Part shown: piece after piece, positions 1 through 8,061 of the stretch
Position numbering within the stretch: the stretch's first letter is position 1
Layout: each line of letters begins with the position of its first letter
DNA from: a virus
Lineage: Duplodnaviria; Heunggongvirae; Uroviricota; Caudoviricetes
Length of the DNA stretch: 64,000 nt
Strand: one strand, 5' to 3'
IMG/VR virus record: IMGVR_UViG_3300037071_003200
Location: 1-64,000 of that record
Notes under the pieces: generated by a model
What the model saw: the letters and a program-made list of their open reading frames with translations, nothing else
Database searches by the model: none
Told to the model about the DNA's origin: nothing
Translations under genes and position numbers: made by a program

Positions 1-146
1 CCGCGGCCGCCCGACCGCCCGCCTCGCGCGGCCGCCCGACCGCGGCCCGGGCGGACCGTGCGAAGACCGCCGCGGCGGCGGTCGTCCCGGCCTCGCGGCG
101 GCGGTCGAGTCCGCCCGCGGCGGCGGCGGCCGTCCCGTACGCGGGC

Positions 147-175
147 AAAAAAAGAGGCCGCCTCGCGGCGGCCTC
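147..175 (-). terminator. Rho-independent terminator downstream of the acidic-protein gene (minus-strand transcript)
   Basis: Perfect 9-bp stem GAGGCCGCC / GGCGGCCTC (154-162 / 167-175) with loop TCGC. An A7 run at 147-153 reads as a U7 tract after the hairpin on the minus-strand transcript. Confidence 0.6.
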
Positions 176-190
176 GTTCGGTCCGACTCT

Positions 191-206
191 CCAGGCACGG
201 GACTCC
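191..206. repeat. Left arm of a 16-bp perfect inverted repeat (CCAGGCACGGGACTCC) flanking the acidic-protein gene
   Basis: Exact reverse complement of 1175-1190. The two arms bracket gene 223..1128. Confidence 0.7.
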
Positions 207-222
207 AGAACGGTCTAGCGGT

Positions 223-1128
223 CTAGCTGTCGGACTCGTCCGCGGCCTCGTCGGCCTCGTCGTCGTCCGTCGTCCCGGCCGCGAGAATCACGGCCTGGAT
301 CGTCGTCGGCCCGTGCTCTTCCGCGAGGCGGAGGACCGCCAGCGCGATGCCGACGACCGTCGTCCGCGGGACGTTGTACTCGGTCACGAGGCCGCGGAAG
401 ATCGAGTCCGTCGGCCCGTTCGCGAGTTCTACCGCGGCGGCCGATGCCGTCGCGACAGTGTCGGCCCGACGGGACTCGTCGGCCTCGGACTCGTCGGCCT
501 CGTCGGCCTCGTCGTCGTCCGCCTCGTCGTCGTCGTCGTCCGTCGTCGTCGTGCCGCTACCGCCGCCGCCCGACCGGTTAGTCGGGAAGGCCGCCTCGCA
601 CCGTGCGAGAAGGTCCTCGCGGTCGGGCGGTAGCGCGTTACCGTCGTCGTCCGTCCCGGCCTCTTCGACGGCCTCGCGGTAGACCTCGCGGACGAGGTCT
701 TCCGCCGCCGCCCGGTCCTCGTCCGTCGTCTTCGACGACAGGGACGAGAGTCCGCGGTAGAGGTAGGACAGGGACGTAACGAGCGTTCCAGGGACAAGAT
801 CGTCCCCTAGAACCTTCGCGACCGCGCCAGCGTTCTGCCAGCGGTACAACGTCCCGTTCGGCTTGCCCGGGATCATCGTCCGACCGTATTCCCTCCAGTC
901 GTCCGTCCCGATGCCCGCCGTCTTCGCGAGGCTAACGCCCGCGGCCTTCGCGGCCGCGAACTCGATCTTCGCACTGTCCAGCGCCATGCCTGCCTGGACC
1001 TCGAAGACGGCCGCCTCGCGGTCGGCCTTCGCGTAGACCTGCGCGATGCCCGACAGTGCGGACTCGATCAGGGACGCGATTCCCGCGAACGCGATCTTCG
1101 CGGCGTTCTTGTAATCGTTCTTGTTCAT
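223..1128 (-). CDS. Highly acidic protein with two poly-Asp/Glu tails (possible DNA-mimic or anti-restriction-like protein)
   Basis: 301-aa ORF with a GGAG ribosome-binding site 4 nt upstream of the ATG at 1128. Internally duplicated halves each end in a D/E tract (TTTTDDDDDEADDDEADEADESEADES and TTDDDEADEAADESDS) encoded by GAC/GAG/GCC trinucleotide repeats. Followed by terminator 147-175. Confidence 0.65.
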   Translation of the reverse strand: MNKNDYKNAAKIAFAGIASLIESALSGIAQVYAKADREAAVFEVQAGMALDSAKIEFAAAKAAGVSLAKTAGIGTDDWREYGRTMIPGKPNGTLYRWQNAGAVAKVLGDDLVPGTLVTSLSYLYRGLSSLSSKTTDEDRAAAEDLVREVYREAVEEAGTDDDGNALPPDREDLLARCEAAFPTNRSGGGGSGTTTTDDDDDEADDDEADEADESEADESRRADTVATASAAAVELANGPTDSIFRGLVTEYNVPRTTVVGIALAVLRLAEEHGPTTIQAVILAAGTTDDDEADEAADESDS

Positions 1129-1174
1129 GGGACTCCATTCGGAAGTGAGGCCGCGAAGAGGCGGCCTCGGATGA

Positions 1175-1190
1175 GGAGTCCCGTGCCTGG
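1175..1190. repeat. Right arm of the 16-bp inverted repeat (GGAGTCCCGTGCCTGG)
   Basis: Reverse complement of 191-206. Immediately preceded by hairpin GAGGCCGC-GAAGAG-GCGGCCTC (1147-1168). Confidence 0.7.
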
Positions 1191-1377
1191 ATTGTCAAAG
1201 ACCGATGATGCTGGACCCGATACGCGGCGGACTCGTTCGGCCGCCGCCGTTCTGCGATCCACTAGGGACTCTAGTCGAAGGGTCCGCCGTCGTCAAAGAG
1301 TCCCGATGAGAAGAGGCCGCCCGACCGCCTCGCGGCCCGTCGTCGAGCACGGGCGGCCCGACCGCGAGGCCGCCCGT

Positions 1378-1395
1378 CTTCTCAATATTGAGAAG
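1378..1395. promoter_or_regulatory. Perfect 18-bp palindrome CTTCTCAATATTGAGAAG
   Basis: Self-complementary about an AT-rich core. A related palindrome CTTCTCAGGACTGAGAAG occurs at 16717-16734. Confidence 0.4.
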
Positions 1396-1743
1396 AGGCC
1401 GCCGCCTCGGACGAGGGATCGCGGCCGCCCGTGCGGCGGCCGATGATCGTCGCATGAGACTAGACCCGTACCGCCTCGTCGGCCGCCTCGTCGCGGCCGC
1501 CGCGATCATCGCGGCCGCGGTCTACTGGATCACTCTGTAGACCGCCCGTCCGTCCGTGCGAGGCCGCCCGCGAGGCGGCCTCGTTCGCGGTCCGCCCGGC
1601 CGCCCGCGAGGCGGTCGGCCTCGTCCGCGAGGCCGCCGCCGCGGCCGCGAACTCGTCCGCTCCCGATGGAGGCCGCGGCCGCCGCCGGCGCGCACGCCCC
1701 TCCGCAGTACACACCAGAAATTCGAGCTCACCCTGCTGCAAAC

Positions 1744-1820
1744 TGGCACTATGGTGCCGGAATGGTGCTAGAGTGGCACCACATGGCTCCGGAAAGTGGT
1801 ACCAAAGTGGCACCAGTGCA
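1744..1820. promoter_or_regulatory. Array of TGGCAC / GTGCCA half-site palindromes (candidate operator cluster)
   Basis: TGGCAC-TATG-GTGCCG at 1744-1759, GGTGC-TAGAGTG-GCACC at 1764-1780, GTGGTACCA at 1797-1805 and GTGGCACCAGTGCA at 1808-1820. Five or more half-sites in about 80 bp directly upstream of small early genes and the two RHH genes. Confidence 0.45.
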
Positions 1821-1872
1821 TCAGCCTCCCTCACCAGCTGCTCTTCCGGCAGATACGGATTGGGCGCCGGCG

Positions 1873-1992
1873 ATGGTCTACCGGGAGCGGATGCTGGAAG
1901 ATCAGCTGCGCGCGATGCAGGCCGAGAGGGACTTCCTGCGGGGAGTGGTGACGGCGCTGGTCGAGCGCAGAGGGCCGGTGAGGCTGACGTGA
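1873..1992 (+). CDS. Small hypothetical protein (start uncertain)
   Basis: ATG at 1873 in the frame of ORF 1666..1992 (MVYRERMLEDQLRAMQAERDFLRGVVTALVERRGPVRLT). The upstream part of that ORF overlaps the operator array, so a downstream start was chosen. Confidence 0.3.
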   Translation: MVYRERMLEDQLRAMQAERDFLRGVVTALVERRGPVRLT

Positions 1993-2213
1993 CATACAGG
2001 TCGGATCCTGGTGGGTGGCGTTCAGCACGGGCGTCGGCGCGGCAGGCAGCGATGGCGCAGCTGATCCAGAGGCATCGAGAAGAATTCGATCGGCTGCACG
2101 CCGATGAGCGCGAGGCGCGGGGGTTGCCGCGTGACCTGAGCGCTTCGAGTGACGTCTCGCATCTGCGTGCACGCATCCGCGAGCTCGAGGCCGAGCTGAA
2201 GGTGTTGAGGTGA
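1989..2213 (+). CDS. Small hypothetical coiled-coil protein (start uncertain: GTG at 1989 or ATG at 2052)
   Basis: GTGA overlap with the preceding stop. The C-terminal part QLIQRHREEFDRLHADEREARG...IRELEAELKVLR looks like a real helical protein. Confidence 0.35.
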   Translation: MTYRSDPGGWRSARASARQAAMAQLIQRHREEFDRLHADEREARGLPRDLSASSDVSHLRARIRELEAELKVLR

Positions 2214-2404
2214 GCAAATCCGTGCGCCTGAAGGACTACCTGGCGGACGAGCTCGAGAAGATCGCGGCGCGCGAGAATCGGTCTCTCACGAACCTTGTGA
2301 ACCATCTTCTGGAGCAGGCGATCGAGATGGAGCGGGCGATGCGCAAGAGTGAGGAGCGGCTCAGCCAGGGGCTCTTCCTTCCGAGTCAGACGGAGGGCTC
2401 GTAG
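2210..2404 (+). CDS. Ribbon-helix-helix (Arc/MetJ/CopG-like) DNA-binding protein
   Basis: 64 aa. RLKDYLADELEKIAARENRSLTNLVNHLLEQAIE matches the RHH beta-strand plus two-helix pattern. ATGA overlap with the upstream gene. Confidence 0.7.
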   Translation: MSKSVRLKDYLADELEKIAARENRSLTNLVNHLLEQAIEMERAMRKSEERLSQGLFLPSQTEGS

Positions 2405-2688
2405 TGCCGAGTGTGAATCTGCGGTTGTCGGACGCCCAGCACGCGGAGTTGGTCAAGGCGGGGCAGCTCGAGAACCGATCGCTCCAGCGCGAGATCATCC
2501 ATCGCTTGTTCCACCAAGGATCGGGGGCTGGACTCTCCGGTGTAGACCAAGGCGGATCGAAGAGGCCGCCGGTCGAACCGCCGGCCCCCGGTGTTCAGGC
2601 TGATTCGCAGGCGCGCGATGTGCAGGCGAGGACGATCGTGCCGGGGGAGATCAAGTCGGACTTCAAGCCGGAAAGGAAGCGCAAGTGA
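2404..2688 (+). CDS. Second ribbon-helix-helix DNA-binding protein
   Basis: N-terminus NLRLSDAQHAELVKAGQLENRSLQREIIHRLF has the same RHH pattern as the preceding gene, followed by a disordered tail. Confidence 0.6.
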   Translation: MPSVNLRLSDAQHAELVKAGQLENRSLQREIIHRLFHQGSGAGLSGVDQGGSKRPPVEPPAPGVQADSQARDVQARTIVPGEIKSDFKPERKRK

Positions 2689-2990
2689 GCGAGCATCTGG
2701 ATGAGCCACTGCTCGAGCCGCTGGAGATTCGTGACGCCGGGGATGTGAACGCGGTGATCCGTGAACGCGGGGGAGCGATGGCGTTTCGTCCTCACTCGTT
2801 TGGGGAGACCGAGGAGGATGATCTGATCGAACCGCTGATGGTGCGGATCGTCGACCAGGTCGGAGATCGTCTGCTTATTCGCCTGCAGGTGGACACGCTC
2901 AATGGCGAGATGGTGAGCTCGGTGATCATGAAGCCTGGAGATCTCCAGGATCTGCTCGACGTGGCGATGACCCCGGTGGCGACAGGATGA
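2685..2990 (+). CDS. Hypothetical acidic protein
   Basis: 101-aa ORF, ATGA-coupled to its neighbours. Confidence 0.45.
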   Translation: MSEHLDEPLLEPLEIRDAGDVNAVIRERGGAMAFRPHSFGETEEDDLIEPLMVRIVDQVGDRLLIRLQVDTLNGEMVSSVIMKPGDLQDLLDVAMTPVATG

Positions 2991-3091
2991 ACTTCGACCA
3001 CCGTCACCCCGACAACGTGTTCATCGCGATCGTCGCGGTGTGTATGTGCATCGGGATTCCCCTGGGCCTTCTTCTGGCGTGGCTGTCATGA
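2987..3091 (+). CDS. Small membrane peptide (34 aa)
   Basis: MNFDHRHPDNVFIAIVAVCMCIGIPLGLLLAWLS is one hydrophobic helix. ATGA overlaps on both sides. Confidence 0.35.
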   Translation: MNFDHRHPDNVFIAIVAVCMCIGIPLGLLLAWLS

Positions 3092-3180
3092 GCTGGTTGA
3101 TCCCATTCGCCGCCGGGGCGCTGTTCGGGATCCTCATCACCCCAGCGATCAACGAGTTCTTCCGAAAGGACGACGAATGA
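3088..3180 (+). CDS. Small membrane peptide (30 aa)
   Basis: MSWLIPFAAGALFGILITPAINEFFRKDDE. ATGA overlaps on both sides. Confidence 0.35.
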   Translation: MSWLIPFAAGALFGILITPAINEFFRKDDE

Positions 3181-3371
3181 CGAAGCAGGCAGTCGAAGTG
3201 ACGGTCGACGAGGTGCGGCTGTTCCTATACGAGAAGCTCTTCCACGAGTACCAGGGAGAGAACGTGGAGTCTCCGCGAGCGTTCGTCGGGCTGCAGGGCG
3301 ACAAGGTCGTCCTCATGCAAACGGGCGGGGAGCCTCTGGTTGTCCTGGTGAAGACGGCGGTGATGGCGTGA
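3177..3371 (+). CDS. Hypothetical protein
   Basis: 64-aa ORF, ATGA-coupled to RtcB. Confidence 0.45.
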   Translation: MTKQAVEVTVDEVRLFLYEKLFHEYQGENVESPRAFVGLQGDKVVLMQTGGEPLVVLVKTAVMA

Positions 3372-4684
3372 GCGTCACGATTTTCGGTGAGCCCGATCCC
3401 GGTGCTGTCGCGCAGATCGAGAACGTCATGCGCGACGAGCGAGCCCAGGAAGGTGCGCTCATGGCTGACCACCACCTCGGCTACTCGATGCCGATCGGTG
3501 GCGTTGTCGCCTACCAGGACGCGATCTCTCCTTCTGGCGTCGGCTACGACATCGCCTGCGGGAACATGGCCGCGCGAACCGTCCTCACCCGCTCCGATCT
3601 CGTGGACGATCTGAAGCCGCTCATGCGTCAGATCCAGAAGAAGGTCGCCTTCGGCATGGGCCGACGAAACGACGAGCCCTACGACCACGCGCTCTTCGAC
3701 GACGAGTTGTGGAAGACCGAGGAGCTTTCGCCGATCCTGGACAAGGCGCGAGCGCAGCTGGGAACCGTCGGCTCGGGCAATCACTACGTCGACCTACTCG
3801 TCGATAGCGAGGACCGCGTCTGGGTTGCGAACCACTTCGGCTCTCGAGGCTTCGGACACACGGTCGCCACGCTGTTCATGAAGCGCGCCTACGGGCTCGC
3901 CGACGACGCTCGCTTCACCGAGACCGACGAGCCCGCCGTCCTCGACATCGGCACCTACAACGGTGACCTCTACGTCTCCGCGATGGAGCTCGCTGGCAAG
4001 TACGCCTATGCCGGTCGCGAGTACGTCATGGACCAGGTCGTGCGCGAAGTCCTCGGAACCGAGATCGACTTCTCCGTGCACAACCATCACAACTACGCCT
4101 GGCACGAAGACGATCGCTGGGTTGTGCGCAAGGGCGCCACGCCGCTCGAGCTGGAACCCGCCTTCATCGGTGGCTCGATGGGCGACGTGTCCGTGATCGT
4201 GCGAGGGAAGCCCGACGTCGGATTCGAGGATGGCCACGTGTACGGGGTGGATGACATCGGCGCACTGGGCTCTGCTCCACATGGCGCCGGTCGAGTCATG
4301 TCGCGCACGAAGGCGGCCGGGAAGATCCGGAAGATGTGGTACTGCCCGAATCGCAACTGCGACTTCGAGCCCTTCCGGGCGATGGACAACCTCGTCGCCA
4401 CCTCCGGTCTTGAGAACGGCAAGTGCCCCCGCTGCGGAATTCCGGTGCGCAAGGGCCGGATGCGCGACACCGCGGACGCGGCCATCGACTGGGACGCGGT
4501 GCGAGCCGATCTGGGCTCTCGCGGGATCGCAGTCCTTGGCGCCGGCGCCGACGAAGCGCCGGGCGTCTACAAGGACCTCACCAGCGTGATCGCCGCCCAC
4601 TCGAACATCGAGGTGCTGCACACCCTGCACCCGATCGGCGTCGTCATGGCTGGCTCCGACGTCTTCGATCCGTACAAAGACTGA
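3368..4684 (+). CDS. rtcB: RtcB-family RNA ligase (tRNA repair/splicing ligase) with an inserted zinc ribbon
   Basis: 438 aa. RtcB signatures are MADHHLGYSMPIGGVVAY, GYDIACGNMAART, HNHHNYAWHED and SAPHGAGRVMSR. A Cys4 ribbon (CPNRNCDF...KCPRCG) is inserted near the C-terminus. Confidence 0.85.
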   Translation: MSVTIFGEPDPGAVAQIENVMRDERAQEGALMADHHLGYSMPIGGVVAYQDAISPSGVGYDIACGNMAARTVLTRSDLVDDLKPLMRQIQKKVAFGMGRRNDEPYDHALFDDELWKTEELSPILDKARAQLGTVGSGNHYVDLLVDSEDRVWVANHFGSRGFGHTVATLFMKRAYGLADDARFTETDEPAVLDIGTYNGDLYVSAMELAGKYAYAGREYVMDQVVREVLGTEIDFSVHNHHNYAWHEDDRWVVRKGATPLELEPAFIGGSMGDVSVIVRGKPDVGFEDGHVYGVDDIGALGSAPHGAGRVMSRTKAAGKIRKMWYCPNRNCDFEPFRAMDNLVATSGLENGKCPRCGIPVRKGRMRDTADAAIDWDAVRADLGSRGIAVLGAGADEAPGVYKDLTSVIAAHSNIEVLHTLHPIGVVMAGSDVFDPYKD

Positions 4685-4899
4685 TGGATGCCCAGGGGCG
4701 ACTTGATTTCTACAACCGCTTCATGGAGGCCTTCTCCGAAGCGCTCGCTGGGCGACGTATTCTTGAGCTGTCCGACGACGAGCTCTACGTCCTGCAGGAC
4801 TTCCTGTGGGCCGCGACTGACGACGTCGTATCCGAATGGGCACGACGAGAGATGCGGAAGCGATCCCCGTTTCCGCCCGTAGAAAGGGAGACCCTATGA
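4684..4899 (+). CDS. Hypothetical protein
   Basis: ATG at 4684 overlaps the rtcB stop (TGATG). 71 aa. Confidence 0.45.
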   Translation: MDAQGRLDFYNRFMEAFSEALAGRRILELSDDELYVLQDFLWAATDDVVSEWARREMRKRSPFPPVERETL

Positions 4900-5195
4900 G
4901 CACGCTCAAGCGGCAGGGAGACATCCTGCTGGAGAAGGTCCACCTTGCGGTGGATCCGCTCAAGCGCGTCGTCGAGGACGGCGTCATCGCTCGCGGAGAG
5001 GTGACGGGTCATGCGCATCGCGTGGAGGGCGGTGTCCTGGTGCACACGAACCGCGGCATGGCGGTCGTCTCCGACGGAGAGACCACGGTCACCCACGACG
5101 AGCACTCCTCGCTCGAGCTGGAAGAGGGAATCTGGCTCGTTCACCGCCAGGTCGAGTACGTCGGCCCTGGCGAGGAAGTCGGGGTGTACGACTGA
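4896..5195 (+). CDS. Hypothetical protein
   Basis: ATGA overlap. MSTLKRQGDILLEKVHLAVDPLKRV..., 99 aa. Confidence 0.45.
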   Translation: MSTLKRQGDILLEKVHLAVDPLKRVVEDGVIARGEVTGHAHRVEGGVLVHTNRGMAVVSDGETTVTHDEHSSLELEEGIWLVHRQVEYVGPGEEVGVYD

Positions 5196-5911
5196 TGGAG
5201 GCCGACTACACGATGGTGGCCGAGGCGCGGGGCCAGAGGGTTCTCTGGTTCCGCCGCTTCGGCTCCTATCAGGGCGACTGGCTCCTGCTTTCGCGAGACG
5301 ACGATCGCTACTACATCTACAAGGACTCGTACGGGTCGTGCTCCGGCTGCGACGCGATCGAGGGCGAGTTCGGCTACACCGGCGCTGACAAGCTCACCCC
5401 GGACAACCCCCAGGTCCAGGAATTCATCAAGGACTACCTGCCGTTCCTGGAGATGCGACCAGAAGCCGCGCTTCGTGTCGCCACCGAGAAGGGGAACATC
5501 TTCTCGGTGCTGCCGCGCAACCGACGCGAATGGCAGGACGACTTCTCGCACGAGGATGTCGGACGGCAGCTCGCGTTGATCATCAAGGCCGACCACGGTC
5601 CGCTCAGCGCGTCCGAGATTCTGGAGATCGACAACCAGGAGACTCGTCGCGAGCAGATCGAGCGCATCGGCGCTGAGGCCTTCGTCGCCGAGATCGGTGC
5701 GGTCGAGGAAGACCGCGAGGGCGAGAACGTGCTCATGCGCATCAAGCGCGAGGGCCAGCCCGACTACGTCTTCATGTACGTCAAGGACCCCTCCACCGAG
5801 CGGCGCTACGTCATCCGCACCGACCCGGCGCACACGAGCGTGCGTGCCGCCAGAGCGGCGAGCTTCGGCATGACCGAGGAGCAGTTCGAGCACCTGGTGA
5901 TCGAGACATGA
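5195..5911 (+). CDS. Hypothetical protein
   Basis: 238-aa ORF with a varied, non-repetitive composition. Confidence 0.55.
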   Translation: MEADYTMVAEARGQRVLWFRRFGSYQGDWLLLSRDDDRYYIYKDSYGSCSGCDAIEGEFGYTGADKLTPDNPQVQEFIKDYLPFLEMRPEAALRVATEKGNIFSVLPRNRREWQDDFSHEDVGRQLALIIKADHGPLSASEILEIDNQETRREQIERIGAEAFVAEIGAVEEDREGENVLMRIKREGQPDYVFMYVKDPSTERRYVIRTDPAHTSVRAARAASFGMTEEQFEHLVIET

Positions 5912-6213
5912 GCGAGCAGCTCTCAGATCAGCGTCTCCACGAGCTACTCGATGCAGCCGAGGGACTGGAAGTCCACGAGGGCGAGCTCCACCTCCTCGCC
6001 GCTGAGGTTCGCGAGCGCCGGCGCCAGTCGGGCTACACCCGCGAGCAGCGGCTCGCCTTCTTGCTGCGAGTGGTCAAGGACTCGTTCCCGGAGATCACCA
6101 ACGATCTTCGGAAGATCTACGAGGAGCAGAACAACGACATCTACTACTCGCGGCGCGATCGCGAGTACTGGAAGGCCGAGTACGACAAGCTGAAGGAGGC
6201 CGCGAGTGATTGA
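5908..6213 (+). CDS. Hypothetical protein
   Basis: 101 aa, ATGA-coupled. Confidence 0.5.
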   Translation: MSEQLSDQRLHELLDAAEGLEVHEGELHLLAAEVRERRRQSGYTREQRLAFLLRVVKDSFPEITNDLRKIYEEQNNDIYYSRRDREYWKAEYDKLKEAASD

Positions 6214-6553
6214 GTACCGGGGATCACTTCGGAAGGACAAGCGCTTCGAGGGCGGGTTCAATCTGAAGGCGGGCACGGTCATCTACGTCCGCGAGACGGA
6301 CCACGGCTGGATCGGTATGTACTACGAGGAGAAGGGCTCCGGTCATGGATTCGCGCTGGAGGGCGACGACTTCTCGATCTGGAGGAACCCCGACGGTCAG
6401 AACGAGATCATCCTCATGAAGGAAGAGCCAGAGGATCAGGCCGAGCTCGCCCGCGTCCGCGAGATCGAGATCAAGCAGGCCCACAGGAAGGCTGCGGCCA
6501 CCGCCGATCGCGCCCGTGAGGCGCAGGCCGAGCTAGACAGGCTGCTCGCATGA
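6206..6553 (+). CDS. Hypothetical protein
   Basis: 115-aa ORF. Confidence 0.5.
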   Translation: MIEYRGSLRKDKRFEGGFNLKAGTVIYVRETDHGWIGMYYEEKGSGHGFALEGDDFSIWRNPDGQNEIILMKEEPEDQAELARVREIEIKQAHRKAAATADRAREAQAELDRLLA

Positions 6554-6753
6554 CCTGGGGAGGCTTCGTCCTCGCCTTCGTCCTTGGCTGGCTGGCCTGC
6601 TGGTACCTCTCGAGCTTCCTGGTCAAGCGCGTACTGCGAAAAGGCGACGCGATGATGACCGATGCCCTCAAAGGACTGCCTCAGACGTCTCTCGTGCGCA
6701 TCTACAAGGCCGCCGGTGCCGAAATCGAGCACCGGAAGGCGGAAATCGACTGA
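6550..6753 (+). CDS. Small membrane protein
   Basis: N-terminal transmembrane helix WGGFVLAFVLGWLACWYLSSFLV. Confidence 0.45.
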   Translation: MTWGGFVLAFVLGWLACWYLSSFLVKRVLRKGDAMMTDALKGLPQTSLVRIYKAAGAEIEHRKAEID

Positions 6754-6764
6754 AAGGAGCCCAC

Positions 6765-7265
6765 ATGGGCCTGTTCGACAGCAAAACCGACCCGACGACC
6801 GAGCGTTTCGATGCTCTGATGGAGGAAATGGCCGATCTGAAGCGATCGGTGACCGAATTGAAGGGCGAGAGGGCCGCGACGAGCAAGATTCGCGACATGG
6901 AGCGCGAATACGTCGACACGAAGCGCCAACTGACCGATCTCCAGATCGAATTCGACAAGGAGAAGGAGAAGCACGCCCGCGAGAAGCGCGAAGTCGAGCA
7001 TCTGGTCGGTCTGGAGCGAAAGCGCTCCGAATTCGAGCGCGAGGCGGCCGTGACCGAGGCGAAAGTGGCCGTCCGCGAGGAGAACCTCTCGGCCGAGCAG
7101 CAGCGCTTCAAGGACCAGATGAAATTCATCACCGATCGCTTCGAGAAGGAGATCGACCAGTCGAAGGAGCTGATGATGGAGATCCTCGCTCGTCTGCCCA
7201 AGGTCGAGGCGCTCATGAAGCTCCAGAGCGGAAACGGCTCCAAGGAGCCCGTGGGGGTGGAGTAG
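6765..7265 (+). CDS. Coiled-coil protein
   Basis: 166 aa rich in E/K/R heptad-like segments (EREYVDTKRQLTDLQIEFDKEKEKHAREKREVEHL). Confidence 0.5.
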   Translation: MGLFDSKTDPTTERFDALMEEMADLKRSVTELKGERAATSKIRDMEREYVDTKRQLTDLQIEFDKEKEKHAREKREVEHLVGLERKRSEFEREAAVTEAKVAVREENLSAEQQRFKDQMKFITDRFEKEIDQSKELMMEILARLPKVEALMKLQSGNGSKEPVGVE

Positions 7266-7466
7266 ATGGGGTACTTCACCACCTACCCGTGGTCGTCCAG
7301 TGCGTCGGCGCAGACCATCCAGTTCAACTACAGCGGCAGCACGACGCCGTACTACTACCCCGCTCCGATCCATCCTCCGGCGTCCGTGGTCGAGATGCCC
7401 GAGGGCCCGGTGGAGTGGCTGCGACGGCGGGTCACCGAGATCACCGATCTGGCGTACGCGGCATGA
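7266..7466 (+). CDS. Hypothetical small protein
   Basis: 66-aa ORF with a start adjacent to the upstream stop. Confidence 0.35.
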   Translation: MGYFTTYPWSSSASAQTIQFNYSGSTTPYYYPAPIHPPASVVEMPEGPVEWLRRRVTEITDLAYAA

Positions 7467-7930
7467 GGTTCGCCGAAGGCGACTACGACCATCCAGGCCA
7501 GTGGGCGCTCTGGGAGCACTCGCTGTTCCGTGCGATCAACGGCCAGCGCGGGCAGCGGGTGCTCAAGGACCTGGAGCAGGCGCTACTCGAGCTCCCAGAG
7601 AAGGCCCTCATGGACGGCGGGCTGTCCGACGGGAAGAACGTCTGCGCGGTCGGCGCGTACGTCGCGAAGAAGCGAGTGGACGCTGGCGAGGACCGCGATG
7701 AGGTGCTGGTAGACATGATCGTCCCCCTCGATCACTGGGGCGACGTGGACGGCTGGGAGGTCGAGGACAGGACGATCACGAGCGGCCAGCACGCCGGGAT
7801 GCAGCTCACCATGATCGTTGCGGTTGCGGGCCTGAACGACGACCTCTACAAAGCCACGCCGGAGCGGCGATACGAGATGATGCTCGCGTGGGTGCGGGAG
7901 CGGATCCTTCCAGAGAAGGTGTTGGCATGA
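7463..7930 (+). CDS. Hypothetical protein
   Basis: ATG at 7463 (ATGA overlap), in the frame of ORF 6662..7930. MRFAEGDYDHPGQWALWEHSLFRAING..., 155 aa. Confidence 0.5.
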   Translation: MRFAEGDYDHPGQWALWEHSLFRAINGQRGQRVLKDLEQALLELPEKALMDGGLSDGKNVCAVGAYVAKKRVDAGEDRDEVLVDMIVPLDHWGDVDGWEVEDRTITSGQHAGMQLTMIVAVAGLNDDLYKATPERRYEMMLAWVRERILPEKVLA

Positions 7931-8061
7931 CCTTCCTTCACTGGCTCAGGACGGTCAAGCCCGGCGATGCGCTCAAGTGGGGCGCCGTCGTCTTCGCCTA
8001 CTGCCTCGCCATTCTCTTCCTGATCTCGGTCACGATCGCGATCGTGGAGCAGCACTCATGA
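7927..8061 (+). CDS. Small membrane peptide (44 aa)
   Basis: MTFLHWLRTVKPGDALKWGAVVFAYCLAILFLISVTIAIVEQHS. ATGA overlaps on both sides. Confidence 0.3.
   Translation: MTFLHWLRTVKPGDALKWGAVVFAYCLAILFLISVTIAIVEQHS

Noticed and set aside
58-797. + strand ORFs 58..633 and 347..682 and minus-strand ORF 429..797 at the left end
   Set aside because: They overlap the acidic-protein gene (223..1128, minus) in other frames. They translate the GAC/GAG/GCC trinucleotide repeats into Arg/Ser/Pro low-complexity strings.
1744-1759. TGGCAC-N5-TGCC read as a sigma-54 (-24/-12) promoter
   Set aside because: The -12 element TTGC is absent, the motif recurs as palindromes, and actinobacterial hosts lack sigma-54. 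It is interpreted as repressor or activator half-sites instead.
3794-4630. 278-aa minus-strand ORF
   Set aside because: It is antisense to the RtcB ligase gene, which has clear family motifs on the + strand.
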